64,000 bases of DNA from Allosphingosinicella sp. (GCA_036386335.1 DASVVY010000021.1:738-64737), one strand, 5' to 3'; positions 37,376-48,452 are shown, numbered from the stretch's first letter. Notes: generated by a model not told the origin, from the letters alone. Numbers and translations are program-made.

Positions 37376-37540
37376 ATGCGCGAGAATAGCGGCGGCGGAA
37401 AGAGCAGCAACAACACCGGCAACCCAACGCTCAAGGACCATGAGCGGGCCAAGGGCACGTCGGGCGCAGCCATTCACGGCAACAAGAAGGTCGATGCGGA
37501 GCCGAGCCGGACCAGCGCCCGCAAGCACCAGAACAGCTGA
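37376..37540 (+). CDS. 54-aa hydrophilic small protein (MRENSGGGKSSNNTGNPTLKDHERAKGTSGAAIHGNKKVDAEPSRTSARKHQNS), not in ORF track
   Basis: Translated by hand; GAGGAG RBS; fills an intergenic gap. Confidence 0.7.
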   Translation: MRENSGGGKSSNNTGNPTLKDHERAKGTSGAAIHGNKKVDAEPSRTSARKHQNS

Positions 37541-37557
37541 GCCGCAGACGGCGCGGT

Positions 37558-38988
37558 TCAGTAGAGGCCAATGGCCCCCTTGAGCGCGTCGAACATGGCC
37601 TGGGTGCGGTAGCCGACGCCGGCCTTGAACACGAACGGCATCCGGTCGAGCGCGGAGGCGTCGCGGACCGGATCGCCGTCGATCAGGACGAGGTCCGCCC
37701 GCTTGCCGACCTCCACGGATCCGACGTCGCGGTCGCGGCCGAGGTAGCGGGCACCGTTCAGCGTCGAGATGCGCAGCGCCTGCGGGAAGGTGAAGCCCGC
37801 CTCGACGAGCAGCTGCACCTGCCGCCGGCCGGACCAGCCAGGAACGACCCCGCCGTAACCCGTCGGGTCCGTCCCCGCGAGGAGGGTCCCGCCCATTCCC
37901 ACGAACCTCCTCTCCATCCGCATCAGCTTCGGCAGGAAGGCCCTCCACATCGCCGTCCCCGGCGCGGAGGAGACCGCCTTCCAGGTCTGTTCGTAGGCGG
38001 TGCGAAGCTGCGGCGTCAGCAGCGCCCGCGCCGCCTCCGGCGCCTGCGGCCGCCCCGGCGTGAAGGTCTCGAAGACGGTGAGGGTCGAGGTCAGCGCCAC
38101 CTTGCGCGCGATCAGCGTAGTCATCAGCGCGCCGATCTCCGGCCCGTCCGGATCGAGGGCGTTGAGCGACGCAAAGGTGTCGACCTGGCTCGGGCACTCG
38201 TCCGGCTTCTTGTCCTTCACGAAGTCGGTCGCGGTGGCGAAGCCGTGCTCGAGATTGTCGATGCCCATCGCCGCCGCCTCGCCGTAGGTGATTGAGCAGA
38301 GGTGGCCGGTGAGCTTCAGGCCGTGCTTGTGCGCCGCACCGATGGCCGCCTCGAGCTGGGCCCGCGTGAGGAAGTTGTAGGCCTTGAACGAGGTCGCCCC
38401 CGCCCCGGCCCAATAGTCCACCGTCCGCGCCGCGTCGGCCGGATCCTTGAGCGACGCCATCTTCGCCGACAGCAGCCGCGTGCCTTCCAGGTACGGCCCA
38501 GTCGCGTCGACGTCCGGCCCCGGCTGCTCGCCGCGCTCGATCGCGCGAGCGGTGTTGATGTCGCCGTAGGGCGCGAGGCTGCCGCCCGTCCTCAGCGTGG
38601 TCGTGCCGCCGGCCAGATAGAGGCGCGAGAAGCTGTAAGGATATTCGGAATATTCGCCGCCCATCGGCGCTGGGTAGAAGAAATGCTCGTGCACCATGAC
38701 GAAGCCCGGCAGCAGCGTCTTGCCGCGGCCGTCGATCACCGTCGCGCCCCTCCCCGCCTCGACCCTTCCGATGGCGGCGATCCTGCCGCCGCGCACCAGC
38801 ACCGAGACGTCCTGTAGCGGCGCCGCGCCGGTGCCGTCGACCAGCTGGACATGCTCGAACAGCAGGTCGCCGCCCGGATAGGCGACGAAGGCGGCGTCGG
38901 CGGGCGCGAACTTGGCGACGGCCGGCGGCGCCGGCGGGGACGGGGGCGCCGCGGCGAGGAGCAGAGCAAGTGCGGCGAGTCTCTTCAT
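37558..38988 (-). CDS. Secreted amidohydrolase-family protein
   Basis: LPGFVMVHEH, TGHL, EHG, AGTDP, GKRADLVL. Confidence 0.88.
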   Translation of the reverse strand: MKRLAALALLLAAAPPSPPAPPAVAKFAPADAAFVAYPGGDLLFEHVQLVDGTGAAPLQDVSVLVRGGRIAAIGRVEAGRGATVIDGRGKTLLPGFVMVHEHFFYPAPMGGEYSEYPYSFSRLYLAGGTTTLRTGGSLAPYGDINTARAIERGEQPGPDVDATGPYLEGTRLLSAKMASLKDPADAARTVDYWAGAGATSFKAYNFLTRAQLEAAIGAAHKHGLKLTGHLCSITYGEAAAMGIDNLEHGFATATDFVKDKKPDECPSQVDTFASLNALDPDGPEIGALMTTLIARKVALTSTLTVFETFTPGRPQAPEAARALLTPQLRTAYEQTWKAVSSAPGTAMWRAFLPKLMRMERRFVGMGGTLLAGTDPTGYGGVVPGWSGRRQVQLLVEAGFTFPQALRISTLNGARYLGRDRDVGSVEVGKRADLVLIDGDPVRDASALDRMPFVFKAGVGYRTQAMFDALKGAIGLY

Positions 38989-39030
38989 GGGGATCCCTCC
39001 TTCACCCCATGATCCTATCACCCTCGCGGG

Positions 39031-40605
39031 CTACGGCCCAATGTCGTGAACGTGCGTCTGAACGCGCTGGCGAACGGCGCCGCCGAGGCCGAGCGCGGCC
39101 GCGAGCTTGTCGTCCCAGGCATAGGGGTCGGTGCGGAAGACCACCCGCGATCCGTCCCAAAAGGCGCTGTGGTAGAGGAGGCGCACGGGGATCTTCGCCT
39201 TGAGCGGGACCGGCGTCTCCTTGCCCGTCGCGAGCGCCTTGTCGAAGGCCTCGAGCACGCCGTCGTGGCTGGCGATCAGGCGCGCGAACTCGATCGCATT
39301 CTCCACCCGCGCACAGCCGTGGCTGGCGTGCCGCTCGGTCGAGGCGAACAGCGCCTTGGCGGGCGTGTCGTGGAGGTAGATCTGGTGCGGATTGATCAGG
39401 TCGAACTTGACCAGCCCAAGCGCCGATTTCGGCCCCGGCTCCTGGACGAGGCGCCCGTTTTTCGTCGTGATGTGCTCGCGCGCCATATACGCCGCCCCCT
39501 TGGGCAGGATCTCCTCCTCGGCGATCGACTCCGGCACCGTCCACGGCGGGTTGGCGACGAGGCGGACCATCGGGGAGCCGAGCTCCGGCGTCTCCCATTC
39601 AGTCTGGCCGACGACGACCCGGCGGGTGTCGACGCGCTGCCCGTCGCGCCAATATTCGAGGAACGCCCCGGCCGTGTTTACGTCGATGCGCGTTCCCGGC
39701 TGGTTGCGCTCCAGCCAGCGCCGCCGCTCGAGGTTGACGGCGAGGATGCGGGCACGGTCCTTCGCGCCGGTGTTGAGCGCCTCGAGCGTCGAATTGCCGA
39801 TCACTCCGTCCGCTTCGATGCCGTAATCCGCCTGCACCCGCGACACCGCCTTGGCGATCTCGGCGGAGTAGCGGTCGCTGGCCGGCGCCGCTTTCGCCTG
39901 CGCCTTGCCCTTGGCCTGAGTCTGTTGCGGCTGCGGCTGCGGCTGCTCGGGCGGCAGGTAGCCGTTGCTGCGCAGAGCCGCAGCGATTAGCGGCACGCGC
40001 GGGTCGCGGTCGCCGACCTCGATCTTCTTGCCCGGCTGGATCGCCTGCCTTTGCTCCGCGGCCGCGCGCCGGCGGTAGGCGAGATAGGCGTCGGAGAGCG
40101 CCTTATACTCCGGATCGGACGGCGCGAGGCTCGCGAGCCATGCCCGCACGCCCCCCTGCCCAGTCGCCTGCGCGAGGCCCGCGACCACGTCCGCCTGATG
40201 CATCGGCACGGTATAGACTTCGAACACCTTGCGCGGATCGACAGCGCCGGTGGCGAGCGCCTGCGCGTAATTGAGCGCCGCGAGCGTCAGCCCCGCCTCA
40301 CGCTCGGCCGGGCTGCCGTCCTTTCTTGCTTCGTCCAGAAAGGCTTTGGAATCGATCGCGTGGCGTTCGGAATCGGCAAAGGCGGCGGTCAGCTCTTGGG
40401 CCAGCTTGTCGCTCCACACCGGAGCCCATGCCCGGGCTTCGTAGAAGCGGCGCACCCGCTCGTCGGACACCGCGGCCCTCAGCGCCTCGGGGCTGACCTG
40501 CTTCGCGTTGACCTCGACGGACTGATCGGAGCCGCCCCCTCCGGATTGGCCACAGCCGGCGACCGTCACGGCCGCCAGCGACACGCACAGCATGAATCGA
40601 CGCAT
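39031..40605 (-). CDS. L,D-transpeptidase (YcbB type) with PG-binding domain, lipoprotein
   Basis: Lipobox VAGC; FQ..YG.EADG.IG..TL; NPPWTVP; IYLHDTP; SHGCARV. Confidence 0.9.
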   Translation of the reverse strand: MRRFMLCVSLAAVTVAGCGQSGGGGSDQSVEVNAKQVSPEALRAAVSDERVRRFYEARAWAPVWSDKLAQELTAAFADSERHAIDSKAFLDEARKDGSPAEREAGLTLAALNYAQALATGAVDPRKVFEVYTVPMHQADVVAGLAQATGQGGVRAWLASLAPSDPEYKALSDAYLAYRRRAAAEQRQAIQPGKKIEVGDRDPRVPLIAAALRSNGYLPPEQPQPQPQQTQAKGKAQAKAAPASDRYSAEIAKAVSRVQADYGIEADGVIGNSTLEALNTGAKDRARILAVNLERRRWLERNQPGTRIDVNTAGAFLEYWRDGQRVDTRRVVVGQTEWETPELGSPMVRLVANPPWTVPESIAEEEILPKGAAYMAREHITTKNGRLVQEPGPKSALGLVKFDLINPHQIYLHDTPAKALFASTERHASHGCARVENAIEFARLIASHDGVLEAFDKALATGKETPVPLKAKIPVRLLYHSAFWDGSRVVFRTDPYAWDDKLAAALGLGGAVRQRVQTHVHDIGP

Positions 40606-40860
40606 CTACACATCCCGAACCGGAGAGAAGGACGCCCGCTGAACGCCTCCCCCTGACGATCCGATCCATGTTAAGTTCGCCGGACATCGTCGGTCTGCCC
40701 CTGTGTGCTGTGCCAGCCACAGCGATGTGCCGCGGCGCCGGGTTGGAGCGGCCGGCGTGCGTCACGCTTGCTGGCCGGTATCGCGGGACAGGTAAGCCTC
40801 AGGCCGACTGCCGTCCCCTTTCGGCACAGGCGGAATTGGGGGGCAGCATGGTAGCAACAA

Positions 40861-41943
40861 ATGAAGCTATCTGACGCTAGCGCGCAGTCTCGGACGCGTG
40901 GGAAAGCTGGCGTAACAGTGCTTGGAACCTTCATCGTAGACACTTTTCTGGACGCGCTTCGCTGGCGCGGCCGGGACGGCGCGTGCGTCGCGATGCTGCT
41001 GCTCAGCGCCTCGTGCGTGCCGCTGCGGGCCTCACCGGAGCCGGTCTTCGAGCAGGTGCGGATCGCGAGGGCCGAAGCGCAGCAGCTAGCTCCGCCGCCC
41101 GCCGCGATCCCGCCCGAGCCGGAGCCGATGGTGCTGAAGCCGGTTTCCCCGACCGACGCCGCCGCTATCAACGCTTCGATTCCGCTCTCCACCGCCCCCG
41201 ATCCCCGCGCTGCTTCCGTCGTCTTCCGCGCGAGCTCGGCGGTCGACCAGGAGCGTTCGCTCCAGTGCCTCGCCGAGGCGATCTATTACGAGGCACGTTC
41301 GGATCCCGAGGAAGGGCAGCGCGCAGTCGCGCAGGTCGTGCTGAACCGCGTCCGCCACCCGGCTTACCCGAACAGCGTCTGCGGCGTCGTCTACCAGGGG
41401 CCGATGCGCGCCGGCGGCGGCTGCCAGTTCACCTTCACCTGCGACGGCTCGCTCGCCTCCCCGCCCGGCGGCTACGCCTGGGCCCGCGCCCGCCGCATCG
41501 CCGCGGCCGCGCTCGCCGGGTCGGTCTACGCGCCTGTCGGCCATGCCACCCACTACCACACGCAGCAGGTGGTGCCGCTCTGGGCGTGGAAGCTGGTCAA
41601 ATCGGCGGTGATCGGATCGCACAGTTTCTATCGCCTGCAGGGCGCCTGGGGTGCCCCCGGCGCCTTCCGCACCCGCTATGCCGGCCGCGAGCCGTCTCCC
41701 GCGACGATCATGGCGACGCGGCTGCCGGTGACCGTGCCGAAGCTTGGGGTCGGCAACGCGATGCCGATCGACCTCGCCGCCTTCGCCGCCCCGTCCTACA
41801 CCGCGCCCGCGCCACCGGCGGCAGCCGCGGCAGGCACGACGCTGCAAGCAGACAACGACCTGCCCGAGTCCGGTATCCGCCCCGAATACCGCAATTCCGG
41901 CCGCTGGCTCATCGACCCGCCGGCACCGGCCGCGACCCGCTGA
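40861..41943 (+). CDS. SleB-like cell wall hydrolase (Hydrolase_2); start uncertain
   Basis: [39 protein letters not shown]. Confidence 0.88.
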   Translation: MKLSDASAQSRTRGKAGVTVLGTFIVDTFLDALRWRGRDGACVAMLLLSASCVPLRASPEPVFEQVRIARAEAQQLAPPPAAIPPEPEPMVLKPVSPTDAAAINASIPLSTAPDPRAASVVFRASSAVDQERSLQCLAEAIYYEARSDPEEGQRAVAQVVLNRVRHPAYPNSVCGVVYQGPMRAGGGCQFTFTCDGSLASPPGGYAWARARRIAAAALAGSVYAPVGHATHYHTQQVVPLWAWKLVKSAVIGSHSFYRLQGAWGAPGAFRTRYAGREPSPATIMATRLPVTVPKLGVGNAMPIDLAAFAAPSYTAPAPPAAAAAGTTLQADNDLPESGIRPEYRNSGRWLIDPPAPAATR

Positions 41944-41958
41944 GCGACGGCTCCTGCG

Positions 41959-43632
41959 CTAGCGGCGCCGCGCCTGCGACTCGGCGCGGATGCCGCGGAA
42001 TTCGGAGGATTGGCGCCACTCGGGCCATTCCGGGCTGAAGGCGAGCTGGCGGCCGATCGTGTAGAAGAGGGCCACATCCTGGGCGGCGCCGCGCCAGTCG
42101 TAATCGGGCCGCCACTCGTCGCAGGTCTGGTGGTAGCAATTGGCGGTGAATTCGGTGACCCAGCGGTCCCCCGCCTCGCGCCCGCCACTGACCAGGTCGA
42201 CGCCGCCGCCGAGCGCCATGATCAGGAGCACCGGGACGCCGCGCTTGGCAAAGGCGAAATGGTCCGCGCGGTAGAACAGACCGCGCTCGGGGCGCGCGTC
42301 GGGCGTGACGGTGCGGTTCTGGCGGCGGGCTGCGGCGTCCAGCATGTCCTCGAGCTGGCTTTGGCCGCGGCCGATCAGCACGACGTCGCGCGCCGGGCCG
42401 TTGGGCTGCAGCGTGTCGAGCGTGAGGTTGGCGACCGCCGTCTCGAACGGGAAGACCGGGTTCGCCGCATAATGCTCGGCGCCCAGGAGGCCGCGCTCCT
42501 CGGCGGTCCACGCGGCGAAGACGAGGGTTCGGTCCGGCCGCGGCCCGGCCTTGAAGACGCGGGCGAGCTCGAGCACGCCGGCAATGCCGGACGCGTCGTC
42601 GAGAGCGCCCGGCCGCACCCTCTTGCCGCGCGCGTCGGGTGCGCCGATGCCATAGGCGTCCCAATGGCCGGCGAACCAGACGGTCTCGTTCGGGCGCTTT
42701 GAGCCCGTGATCTTGGCGAGCACGTTGTGGCTTTCGACGCGGCTCGCCTCCACTCCGAAATCGGCCGAGAAGCGGGCGCCGAGGTCGATCGGCCGGAAGG
42801 CCGCGGTTCGGGCTTGGCGCTTCACCGCCTCGAAATCATGCCCGGCGCGGCGGAACAGGTCCTCCGTAACCGGCCGCTGGATCCAGCCCTGCAGCAGCAC
42901 AGGCTGCTGCGCGCCGGGCTTGAGGACGATGTTGTAATTCTCGCCGGCAGGCGCCTGGACCGTGTTCCAGCCGTAGCCGGCGCCGGCGGTCTCGTGGACG
43001 ACGAGGGCGGCGATCGCGCCGCGCCGGGCGGCCTCCTCGAACTTGTACGACCAGCGGCCGTAATAGGTCATCGCCTGCCCGCCGAACCGGCCCGCCACCG
43101 CATCGCCCGGCGCCGCTTCGAAATCGGGATCGTTGACGAGGAACACGGCGACCTTGCCCTTGAGATCGACGCCCTTGAAATCGTCCCACTGGCGCTCGGG
43201 TGCCGAGACGCCGTAGCCGACGAAGACCATCGGCGCTCCGTCGACCCGGGCGCGGTCGATCTCCCGCACCGTCGAGAGGTAGACGTCGTCCGGGAAGCGC
43301 AGCGGGATGCGCTCGCCGCCGCGGTCGACCGACACTTTGCCGGACTTCTGCAGCTGCGTGCGGATCAGCGGGACGCGCTGGAGATAGGTGCCGTTGTCCC
43401 CGGCCGGCTCCAGCCCGAGCTGGCGGAACTGTTCGGACAGGTACGCCATCGTCCTCGCCTCGCCCGCCGTGCCGGGGGCGCGGCCCTCGAATTCCTCGGA
43501 CGCGAGGGTGCGGGTGATGATCGAGATTCGGTTTGGATCGATGATCCCGGTGGCGGAGGCGTCGGCGGTCCGCTCCGCCGTGGAGGCACAGGAGGCCAGC
43601 GCGAGGGCGGCGAAGAGGATGGCAGCTTTCAT
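41959..43632 (-). CDS. M28-family metallopeptidase (PA domain), lipoprotein
   Basis: Lipobox LASC; GHWD, GALDDASG, AEERGL, ADH, YHQ. Confidence 0.9.
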   Translation of the reverse strand: MKAAILFAALALASCASTAERTADASATGIIDPNRISIITRTLASEEFEGRAPGTAGEARTMAYLSEQFRQLGLEPAGDNGTYLQRVPLIRTQLQKSGKVSVDRGGERIPLRFPDDVYLSTVREIDRARVDGAPMVFVGYGVSAPERQWDDFKGVDLKGKVAVFLVNDPDFEAAPGDAVAGRFGGQAMTYYGRWSYKFEEAARRGAIAALVVHETAGAGYGWNTVQAPAGENYNIVLKPGAQQPVLLQGWIQRPVTEDLFRRAGHDFEAVKRQARTAAFRPIDLGARFSADFGVEASRVESHNVLAKITGSKRPNETVWFAGHWDAYGIGAPDARGKRVRPGALDDASGIAGVLELARVFKAGPRPDRTLVFAAWTAEERGLLGAEHYAANPVFPFETAVANLTLDTLQPNGPARDVVLIGRGQSQLEDMLDAAARRQNRTVTPDARPERGLFYRADHFAFAKRGVPVLLIMALGGGVDLVSGGREAGDRWVTEFTANCYHQTCDEWRPDYDWRGAAQDVALFYTIGRQLAFSPEWPEWRQSSEFRGIRAESQARRR

Positions 43633-43939
43633 GGCGGGCTCCGGTGGCTCTCAGCCCTAACCCGCCGACGGGCCGCGAGTTGCGCCTCAGCCGCCGGCGC
43701 AGACGCGAGGCTCTTATGCATGACCCATCCCCCCGCCCACCCGCCATCGCCCAGCGATGGCGGCATGCCGATGGAGGGCGGAGCGTCACCTCCCCTGCGG
43801 GGCTGCGGGCCCGGTCGGCATCATGTGATTTCGAGGCGTGCGCCGCCGCTTTTGCCGGCGATAACGTCTTGTTAGAAGTAAATGGCCCATCTTCGCCGGC
43901 GCAACGGCTCTCGTTGCTGCCAGGGGGAAATCAATCATC

Positions 43940-46900
43940 ATGCCGATCAAGCTGAGTGCGGCGCCGCTGAGCGCCGACGACCGGTTCACCTTTTCGGAAA
44001 CGGCCGCGACGAGCGCCTTGATCCTCGACGTCCGCGCCAACGACGGCAAGAATGCCGGCAAGACGCTCTACGCGCTGGACAACGGCCAGTCGGCGGACCT
44101 GGCTAATGGCGACGCGATCGCCGCGACCGGCGATCGCAGCGCGCTCGGCGCGAGCATCTCGATCACGGCGAACGGCACCGTCCGCTACGACCCGGCGGCG
44201 ATAAGCGCCCTCATCGATGCGCTCGCGCCCGGACAGATTCTCGAGGACAGCTTCCTCTACGCGCTCCAGACCTCGACGACTGCGGGCCAGTGGTCGACGG
44301 TGCGAATCACCTTCACCGGCACCAACGACGTGCCGGTCGCCACCGCGGACGTCGCCGCCCTCCCCGAAGGGAGCGTGCTCAGCGGCAATGTCGGCAGCAA
44401 CGACCGCGATGTCGACAACGGGGCCATCCTCTCCTTCGCTCCGGCGGCGGGCCCCCTGCCCGCCGGCTTCAGCATGAATTCGAGCGGCGGCTGGACCTTC
44501 AACGCCAACGACTCCGCCTATGACGGCCTGGCCGCCGGGCAGGTACAGACGCTGGTCGTGGGCTACACCGTTACCGATCAATATGGCGCCAGCGCAGGAT
44601 CGTCGCTGACGATCAAGATGACCGGCACCAACGACGCGCCCGTGGCCGAAGCGGGCGGCGGCGCTGTCGACGAGGGCAGCCGAATCGCGGGGCAAGCCTA
44701 TGCAAGGGACGCCGACAGCGGCGCGGTGCTGAGCTACGCGGTGGCGGGCGAAGCGCCGGCCGGGTTCACGCTGGCCGCGAACGGCGCCTGGACCTTCGAC
44801 GCCCGCCATTCGAGCTACAACAGCCTCGCCGCGGGCGAGGTGCGCACGGTGGTGCTCAACTACACCGCAACGGATCAGCATGGCGCGAGCAGCGCTTCGA
44901 CCATCAGCGTCAAAGTAACGGGCACCAACGACGCGCCGGTCGCCGAGCCCGCCAGCGCGGGCGTTGCCGAGGATGCGCGGGTGACGGGACAGCTCAGTGC
45001 CACCGATGCAGACGGCGGCGCGGTGCTCACCTATGCGGTGGCGGGCGAAGCTCCGGCCGGGTTCGCCCTGGCCGCGAACGGCGCCTGGACGTTCGACGCC
45101 GATCACCCGGTCTACGACAGCCTCGCCGTGGGCGAGGTGCGCACGGTGTTGCTGAACTACACCGTGGCCGACCAGCATGGTGCGAGCAGCGCTTCGAGCG
45201 TCAGCGTGACCGTAACCGGAACCAACGATGCGCCCGTAGCCGAGGCGGCCAACGCGGCAGTGACGGAGGATGCGCAAGTTGCCGGTCGGCTCAGCGCAAA
45301 CGATGCCGACGGTGGCGCGGTGCTGAGCTATGCCATCGCCGGCGAAGCTCCGGCGGGGTTCGCGCTGGCGGCCAACGGGGCGTGGACCTTCGATGCGACC
45401 GATCCCGCTTACCGGGGGCTGGCAGCCGGTCAGGTGCAAACCGTTGCGCTCAACTATACCGTCACCGACGAGCATGGCGCGAGCAGCGGCTCGACGCTGA
45501 CCATTCGAGTCACCGGGACGAACGATGTTCCCGTCGCCGAGGCGGCGAGCGCAAACGTCGCTGAGGATGCGCGAGTGACGGGGCAGCTCAGTGCCAGCGA
45601 TGCCGATGGTGGCGCGGTACTGAGCTATGCGCTCGTCGGCGACGCTCCGGCGGGCTTCACGCTCTCAGGTAACGGTGCCTGGACCTTCGATGCTGCCGAT
45701 CCCGCTTACCAGGGACTCGCCGCAGGGGAGGTGCAGACGCTCCTGCTCGACTACACGGCCACCGACGAGCACGGCGCAAGCAGCGGCTCGACGCTGACCA
45801 TCCGAGTCACCGGCACGAACGATGCGCCCGTCGCCGAAGCAGGGAGCGCGGGCGTCGCCGAGGATGCGCAGCTGTCGGGCCAGTTGAGCGCCAGCGATGC
45901 CGATCGAGGCGCCGTGCTGAGCTACGCGCTCGTCGGCAGTGCTCCGGCGGGGTTCGTGCTTGCGAGCGACGGCGCCTGGACGTTCGATGCGAGCGAGTCC
46001 GCCTACCAGGGCTTGGCGGCGGGCGAGGCGCGGACACTCTCGCTCGACTATACCGTCACCGACGAGCACGGCGCGAGCAGCGCTTCCACGCTGGCGATCG
46101 AGGTGACCGGCACCAACGATGCGCCCGCCGCCGAGGCGGCGAGCGCGGCGGTGGCCGGGGATGGGCGGGTAGCGGGGCAGCTCGGCGCCAGCGATCCCGA
46201 CGCCGGTGCGGTGCTGAGCTATGCCTTGGTCGGCGAGGCCCCGGCGGGGTTCACCCTGGCGGGCGACGGCGCCTGGACCTTCGATGCCGGTCAGCCGGGC
46301 TACGGCAGCCTGGCCGCCGGCGAGGTGCAAACCGTTGCGCTCGACTATACCGTCACCGACGAGCACGGGGCGAGCAGCCGCTCGACGCTGACCCTCGAAA
46401 TCACCGGCACCAACGATGCGCCCGCCGCCGAGGCGGCGAGCGCGGCGGTGGCCGAGGACGGGCTGGTGAGCGGGCGTTTCAGCGCCAGCGACGTCGATCA
46501 CGGCGTGACGCTCAGCTTCTCCCTCGACGGAGACGCACCCGCAGGCTTCACCCTGTCCGCCGACGGGAGCTGGACCTTTGACGCCCGCCACGTCGATTAC
46601 CAGGCTTTGGGGGCGGACGAGACGCTTTCGCTCAGCGTCGCCTACCGGGTCACTGACGAACATGGGGCCAGCACCACCTCGACGCTGTCCCTGACCGTCA
46701 CCGGCACCAACGACGGGCCGGTCGTACTGCTTCCCGCCACTCGGCCGGAAGTGGCGGAAGGTCAGTCGATCGGCGGCAAGCTGCTCGCAACCGACGCTGA
46801 CGCCGGCGCGACTTTCCTCTTCGCCCTCGACGGCACGGCACCTGCGGGCTTCGCGCTGGTCGCGGACGGGAGCTGGACCTTCGACGCCTCGGGCGGTGCT

Positions 46901-48367
46901 TACGACCATCTCGCCGCCGGCGAGACGCTGCTCATCGAGCTGCCCTTCACGTCCACCGACGAGCATGGCGCCACTGGCGCGGCGCGCCTGGTCGTCTCCG
47001 TTACCGGCACCAATGACGGCCCGACCCACAGCGGCACCCCTGTCGTCCTCCCCGGCGGTCTCGAGGACACCCCCTACTCCTTCGGCCTCGCCGAGCTGCT
47101 CGCCGGCTGGAGCGATCCCGACGGGGATCCGCTCTCCGTCGGCTCGATCAGCGTCAGCAGCGGCTCGATCAGCGTCAGCGGCGGCACCGTCACCTACACA
47201 CCCGTCGCGGACGCGAGCGGCCCGGTGACGATCAACTACCAGGTCGCCGACTCGCACGGCGCCGCCAGCGCCGCGAGCGCCAGCTTCACCGTGGCGGCGG
47301 TAAACGACGCCGCGGTGATCGGCGGGACGCGGACCGGCAGCGTCACCGAGGCGGCTCTGGGCAATGCGGGGGTTCCCACGTCCAGCGGGCAGTTGACGAT
47401 CGCCGACAAGGACAGCCCGGCCAGCTTCCGCGCCGTCACCGACCAGCAGAGCCTGTCCGGCTACGGCACCGTCTCGCTCACCGCCGCCGGCGCCTGGACC
47501 TACAGCCTCGACAACAAGGCGGCGGCGGTCGAGCGGCTGGCGACGGGGCAGACCGTCACCGACAGCTTCTGGGCGGTCGCCGCGGACGGAACCCAGTCGC
47601 TCGTCACGATCACGGTGCGCGGCGCCAACGACTTCACCGCGCCGAGCGCGTCCACCGCCATGTGGGGCGACCCCAACGACCAGGAGGTCGTTCAGGGCGG
47701 CTGGGGCTATGCCGACCAGGTCGTCTTCGGCACCGAGGGTGCGGACCGGATCGTCACCAACGACGGCAAGGACCGCATCTACGGCAAGGGCGGCAACGAC
47801 GAGCTTTACGGCTACAACGGGGACGACCTCATCTTCGGCGATGCCGGCGACGACCAGCTCTTCGGCCAGGTCGGGAACGACCAGCTCATCGGCGGCATCG
47901 GCAACGACGTCATCTATTTCGGCTCGGGGCAGGACATCGGCTCGGGCAGCGCCGGCAACGACATCATGTACGGCGGCTCCGGCGCCGACGACTTCAGCGG
48001 CAATGAGGGCGACGACGTGCTGATCGGCGGCTGGGGACGCGATTATACCCAGGGCGGCGCCGGCGCCGACCGCTTCGTCTACCTCGACCTGCGCGACACC
48101 AACGACATCCTCGAGGATTTCGTGTTCGGCGTCGACACGCTCGACTTCTCCGCGCTGGATGCGAATGCGGCGGTGGCGGGCGACCAGGCTTTCGCCTGGG
48201 GCGGGCTCGATCCGCGCGCGAACGGCGTGTGGATGACGCAGGTCGGCAGCACCGTCACCTTCTATGCGGACACGGACGGCAACGTTGCGACGGCGGAGTT
48301 CATGGTGGTGATCTCCGGCACCTCGCTGGCCTCGTTCGATCAGGCTCCGGCGAGCATCCTCTTCTAG
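43940..48367 (+). CDS. Large VCBS/Ig-like repeat adhesin with RTX Ca-binding C-terminus (T1SS substrate-like)
   Basis: Ten GTND(A/V/G)P repeats plus two divergent ones; GGXGXD nonapeptides; no signal peptide. Confidence 0.88.
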   Translation: MPIKLSAAPLSADDRFTFSETAATSALILDVRANDGKNAGKTLYALDNGQSADLANGDAIAATGDRSALGASISITANGTVRYDPAAISALIDALAPGQILEDSFLYALQTSTTAGQWSTVRITFTGTNDVPVATADVAALPEGSVLSGNVGSNDRDVDNGAILSFAPAAGPLPAGFSMNSSGGWTFNANDSAYDGLAAGQVQTLVVGYTVTDQYGASAGSSLTIKMTGTNDAPVAEAGGGAVDEGSRIAGQAYARDADSGAVLSYAVAGEAPAGFTLAANGAWTFDARHSSYNSLAAGEVRTVVLNYTATDQHGASSASTISVKVTGTNDAPVAEPASAGVAEDARVTGQLSATDADGGAVLTYAVAGEAPAGFALAANGAWTFDADHPVYDSLAVGEVRTVLLNYTVADQHGASSASSVSVTVTGTNDAPVAEAANAAVTEDAQVAGRLSANDADGGAVLSYAIAGEAPAGFALAANGAWTFDATDPAYRGLAAGQVQTVALNYTVTDEHGASSGSTLTIRVTGTNDVPVAEAASANVAEDARVTGQLSASDADGGAVLSYALVGDAPAGFTLSGNGAWTFDAADPAYQGLAAGEVQTLLLDYTATDEHGASSGSTLTIRVTGTNDAPVAEAGSAGVAEDAQLSGQLSASDADRGAVLSYALVGSAPAGFVLASDGAWTFDASESAYQGLAAGEARTLSLDYTVTDEHGASSASTLAIEVTGTNDAPAAEAASAAVAGDGRVAGQLGASDPDAGAVLSYALVGEAPAGFTLAGDGAWTFDAGQPGYGSLAAGEVQTVALDYTVTDEHGASSRSTLTLEITGTNDAPAAEAASAAVAEDGLVSGRFSASDVDHGVTLSFSLDGDAPAGFTLSADGSWTFDARHVDYQALGADETLSLSVAYRVTDEHGASTTSTLSLTVTGTNDGPVVLLPATRPEVAEGQSIGGKLLATDADAGATFLFALDGTAPAGFALVADGSWTFDASGGAYDHLAAGETLLIELPFTSTDEHGATGAARLVVSVTGTNDGPTHSGTPVVLPGGLEDTPYSFGLAELLAGWSDPDGDPLSVGSISVSSGSISVSGGTVTYTPVADASGPVTINYQVADSHGAASAASASFTVAAVNDAAVIGGTRTGSVTEAALGNAGVPTSSGQLTIADKDSPASFRAVTDQQSLSGYGTVSLTAAGAWTYSLDNKAAAVERLATGQTVTDSFWAVAADGTQSLVTITVRGANDFTAPSASTAMWGDPNDQEVVQGGWGYADQVVFGTEGADRIVTNDGKDRIYGKGGNDELYGYNGDDLIFGDAGDDQLFGQVGNDQLIGGIGNDVIYFGSGQDIGSGSAGNDIMYGGSGADDFSGNEGDDVLIGGWGRDYTQGGAGADRFVYLDLRDTNDILEDFVFGVDTLDFSALDANAAVAGDQAFAWGGLDPRANGVWMTQVGSTVTFYADTDGNVATAEFMVVISGTSLASFDQAPASILF
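44318..47020 (+). repeat. Intragenic tandem repeats of about 297 bp (VCBS units)
   Basis: ggcaccaacga-like anchor recurs about every 297 nt. Confidence 0.85.
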
Positions 48368-48427
48368 GCCTGCAGGCGGCGGGCCTCGGCGATATGCTGC
48401 GGCTGGGCGTCGCCGGCAGGTAAGGTG

Positions 48428-48452
48428 GATGCCGGTTCAAGTCGGGTATGAC
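48428..48452. repeat. Degenerate alphaproteobacterial REP-like element
   Basis: GATGCCGGTTCAAGTCGGGTATGAC resembles the GATGCCGGATCAAGTCCGGCATGAC family (recalled, not searched). Confidence 0.4.

Noticed and set aside
40653-40678. RpoE-like GAACTT-N16-TCAG upstream of the L,D-transpeptidase
   Set aside because: Weak -10 match and a single occurrence; not enough to call.
43640-43939. Possible c-di-GMP or other riboswitch in the adhesin leader
   Set aside because: Only short GC-rich hairpins; no conserved riboswitch core recognised by eye. An Infernal/Rfam scan would settle it.
44318-47020. Regular ~297-bp repeats considered as a CRISPR-like or other array
   Set aside because: In-frame protein domain repeats with no spacers; no cas genes in the window.
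43931-47257. Repetitive 514-aa and 530-aa minus-strand ORFs
   Set aside because: Mirror images of the VCBS repeats.
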